Below are positions 7,455 to 10,229 of a DNA stretch of 10,229 nucleotides, piece by piece. This stretch comes from Octopus sinensis (taxonomy: Eukaryota): assembly GCF_006345805.1 (NCBI RefSeq), contig NW_021827470.1, positions 1-10,229 on the forward strand, read 5' to 3'. The notes beneath the pieces are model-generated. The model ran no database searches and had not been told where the DNA came from. It worked only from the letters and a program-made list of their open reading frames with translations. The translations under genes were made by a program, and so were the position numbers. Within the stretch, counting starts at the first letter, position 1. Each line of letters starts with the position of its first letter.

Positions 7455-7700
7455 TCTATTATATAAAATCCGTTCTGTCTGTGTGTGTGTCTTCTAGGAT
7501 CTCGAGCATCCTCCATCCGATTGCACTCAAATTTGATATGAAGATACCGATGGTATCAGGGCGTGTATAAGTCTTGAACAAATTACAAAAATCGATTCCA
7601 GGTGAGAATGCGATCTATAAAGCCGTGAGAACGTGCATTTGGACGCACATGTACATCAGCTGTTGCGATCGATACTACGCGTAAGCAAGAAGAGTGCACG
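7455..7700 (+). mobile_element. Non-autonomous Helitron-like element, 5' portion (3' end unresolved)
   Basis: A|TCTATTATATAAAA start, then a TCTG/TG microsatellite, then CCGATTGCACTCAAATTTG. This layout resembles Lep1-type non-autonomous Helitron heads. No hairpin-plus-CTRR terminus was found. Confidence 0.5.
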
Positions 7701-7722
7701 GTGTCTCAAATTTAGGTTAAAT

Positions 7723-7782
7723 CAGTGTTTCTCAAAGGGGAGGCCTATGGGACGTTCGGAGAAGTTGTTTTGAGAAAATTTG
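7723..7782. mobile_element. Minimal hAT-like MITE remnant
   Basis: Left end CAGTGTTTCTCAAA, right end TTTGAGAAAATTTG (11/14 inverted match). Flanks are GGTTAAAT (7715-7722) and GGTTAAAA (7782-7789). Confidence 0.5.
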
Positions 7783-7875
7783 GTTAAAAGGTTTGACAAC
7801 TCAGCACCATCAACTGGACGGGGGAGGGCGTTTTGCTCGTTAAGATCATAACGATGCAGCTTTTCCATGTGTAAT

Positions 7876-7876
<1 letters not shown>

Positions 7877-7906
<30 letters not shown>

Positions 7907-7947
7907 ATAGATAGATTGATAGATAGATAGACAGACAGATAGGTAGG

Positions 7948-8001
<54 letters not shown>

Positions 8002-8038
8002 GACAGACAGACAGATAGGTAGGTAGATAGATAGATAG

Positions 8039-8110
<72 letters not shown>
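7877..8110. repeat. Long (GATA)n microsatellite with GACA/GGTA variants
   Basis: Seen directly, about 234 bp. Confidence 0.98.
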
Positions 8111-8111
<1 letters not shown>

Positions 8112-8354
8112 TGATTGTGTCTACATGAATATATTAATCAACAAAATTCCAACCTAGTTTGAATTTCACCTTTTAGTATTAACAATTCTTACAGTTTTTG
8201 CAATATTGAAATAAACATATTACTTTCATGCATTACGCAATCCTCAGGTTAATGTTATGACAGATGTGCTCCGCAATTGTAAAATTGTAGAAACTGTGAA
8301 TAATAAAATGTTAAAATCAGACAAGGTTGGAAGTTCTTGATTAATATACATTCG

Positions 8355-8370
8355 CACGCACACACACAAA

Positions 8371-8401
<31 letters not shown>

Positions 8402-8494
8402 TTCACATACATTGTCATAATGTTTGTTGTTGTTGACGTCGTATCGTTGTTATCGTTGCTGCTGTCCTTATAATAGTTGTTGTTGTTGTTGTTA

Positions 8495-8534
<40 letters not shown>

Positions 8535-8592
8535 CATTATTATTATCATTATTATTATAATTATTATTATAATAATTTATTATTATTATCAT
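8355..8592. repeat. (CA)n followed by compound (TTG)n/(TTA)n tract
   Basis: Seen directly; source of the poly-N ORF at 8341-8592. Confidence 0.95.
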
Positions 8593-9129
8593 GAGTGAGA
8601 GAGCAGTTCATGCCATCAAAGTGACACGGGGTAAAATATACGAAGCCCAATATACCATCATGACTACCCGTCTGATAAAGGTACACCAGGCACATGCATC
8701 ACACAACCATATGTGCACGACATGGTGATCTCATATCAAGATAACAGCACATGACCTTGCAGGTCGGGCCCAGTAGAATTTCTTCAGGTTGAGTAGCCCC
8801 CCGCTCAAACGGTCCCTGAATAAGGTTGTTTAGGATGTTGAAAGAACCACCCATGTTTCCAGAGGTGAACTATTCAAACCCCAAAGAATCCCTCTCAACA
8901 CATAGCTGTGATGCTCCCCCACTACTTTGCTCGTGATCAGAGATGCACATATCGTCAGCACTAAGGGACATGCTCAACTGGTTAAGGTCAAACAACTGAC
9001 AAGCAAATCTGTGGTTGAGCAGAATATTGTTGTAGCCCATCTTTTATACCAAGACAAAACAATGTACATGATAACACTTCCAATCAGTTAAGATCAGAAG
9101 CCATGAGAGCCACTGCCTGGTACTGCATC
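8593..9129 (-). mobile_element. About 540-bp non-coding retroposon fragment (SINE or LINE 3' region) with (TAA)n tail
   Basis: Complex, relatively GC-rich block ending on minus in TGCTCTCTCACTC followed by (AAT)n. It has no long ORF and resembles an abundant octopus repeat (recalled). Confidence 0.6.
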
Positions 9130-9130
9130 T

Positions 9131-9171
9131 ATAATTATTATTATATTATTATTATATTATCATTATTATTA

Positions 9172-9215
<44 letters not shown>

Positions 9216-9234
9216 CCTCATTATTATTATATTA

Positions 9235-9269
<35 letters not shown>

Positions 9270-9335
9270 TTATTAGATAGATATAGAAATAGATGGGTAG
9301 ATAGGTGGATAGATAGATAAATAGATTGATAGATA
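9131..9335. repeat. (TTA)n followed by degenerate (GATA)n
   Basis: Seen directly. Confidence 0.95.
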
Positions 9336-9470
9336 ACGAAGCATTGTTAAATTTAATGATATATATATAACACAAGGAATAACTGTTCTAAGCGAACCAA
9401 CTGTTTTTCTTAAAAGTCTACTGAAAACACTAGTGCATAACTTATATATACACATCCTTTTTTACAAAGG

Positions 9471-9529
9471 CACAGACACACACACACACACACACACACA
9501 CACAACACACACACGCTCACACACACACA
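9471..9529. repeat. (CA)n microsatellite
   Basis: Seen directly. Confidence 0.95.
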
Positions 9530-9667
9530 GCATGCAAGCGTGGAAAGGTCACAGAAGCAGAAAATCACAGCGCTGGCGACCGCCTCCAGCTATAAGTAAT
9601 TAGGTACTCTCAGACGCGCGTGAGTATACGACAAACAACAAAGACCTATAAGTGCTATATATGATTA

Positions 9668-9933
9668 CTAGTAGTAGTAGTAGACGCAGTAGTTGTTGTA
9701 GTAGTAGTAGTAGTGTTATCATCATCATCATCATCATTATCATCATCACTGTCAGTAGCAGGAGCAGTAGCAGCAGCATCATGATCATGATCATGATATA
9801 TATATATATATATGTATGTATATATATATATGTATATATGTATATATGTATATATATATATGCATGTATATATATATTTATATTATATATATATATATAT
9901 TTGTTTGTGTGTAGTGTAAGCATATATATATAC

Positions 9934-9968
<35 letters not shown>

Positions 9969-9969
9969 T

Positions 9970-10028
<59 letters not shown>

Positions 10029-10229
10029 TATATATATATATATTATATATATGCAATTTCTATTTAAATACCAATTTGATTGCTTTTCTGTCATAATTTG
10101 TTGTTGTTGTCGTCGTTGTTACTGTCCTTACCTTGATATAATAGTTGTTGTTATTATCATTATCATTATTACTATCAACATCATCATCATGATTACCAAC
10201 CATATATATATATATATATATACTATCAT
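9668..10229. repeat. Compound (TAG/TTG/TCA/CAG)n, long (TA)n and further trinucleotide tracts
   Basis: Trinucleotide tract 9668-9797, (TA)n about 9797-10052, trinucleotide tract about 10097-10200. Confidence 0.95.

Noticed and set aside
216-10229. ORFs of the six-frame track as protein-coding genes
   Set aside because: They are short and mostly translate microsatellites or SINE sequence. None shows a recognisable domain, and several start at non-ATG codons.

Overview
AT-rich eukaryotic non-coding DNA (intronic or intergenic) with no credible protein-coding gene. Most supplied ORFs are translations of microsatellites or repeats, and the rest are short with no recognisable product. The microsatellite density and the repeat families resemble octopod (Octopus-type) genomes; this is recalled, not searched. 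The window holds tRNA-derived SINEs of at least two families, including a TSD-flanked insertion nested in another SINE and a head-to-tail trimer. It also has two other retroposon 3' fragments, a Helitron-like 5' end, a tiny hAT-like remnant and many compound microsatellites. Structures these features do not explain are a strand-asymmetric pri-miRNA-like hairpin (3643-3739, minus), a 120-bp spacerless palindrome (3176-3295) and a hammerhead-ribozyme-like fold (1241-1340, minus). I see no evidence for a multi-gene novel system; the best leads are these RNA/DNA structures. All alignments and mismatch counts were done by hand.
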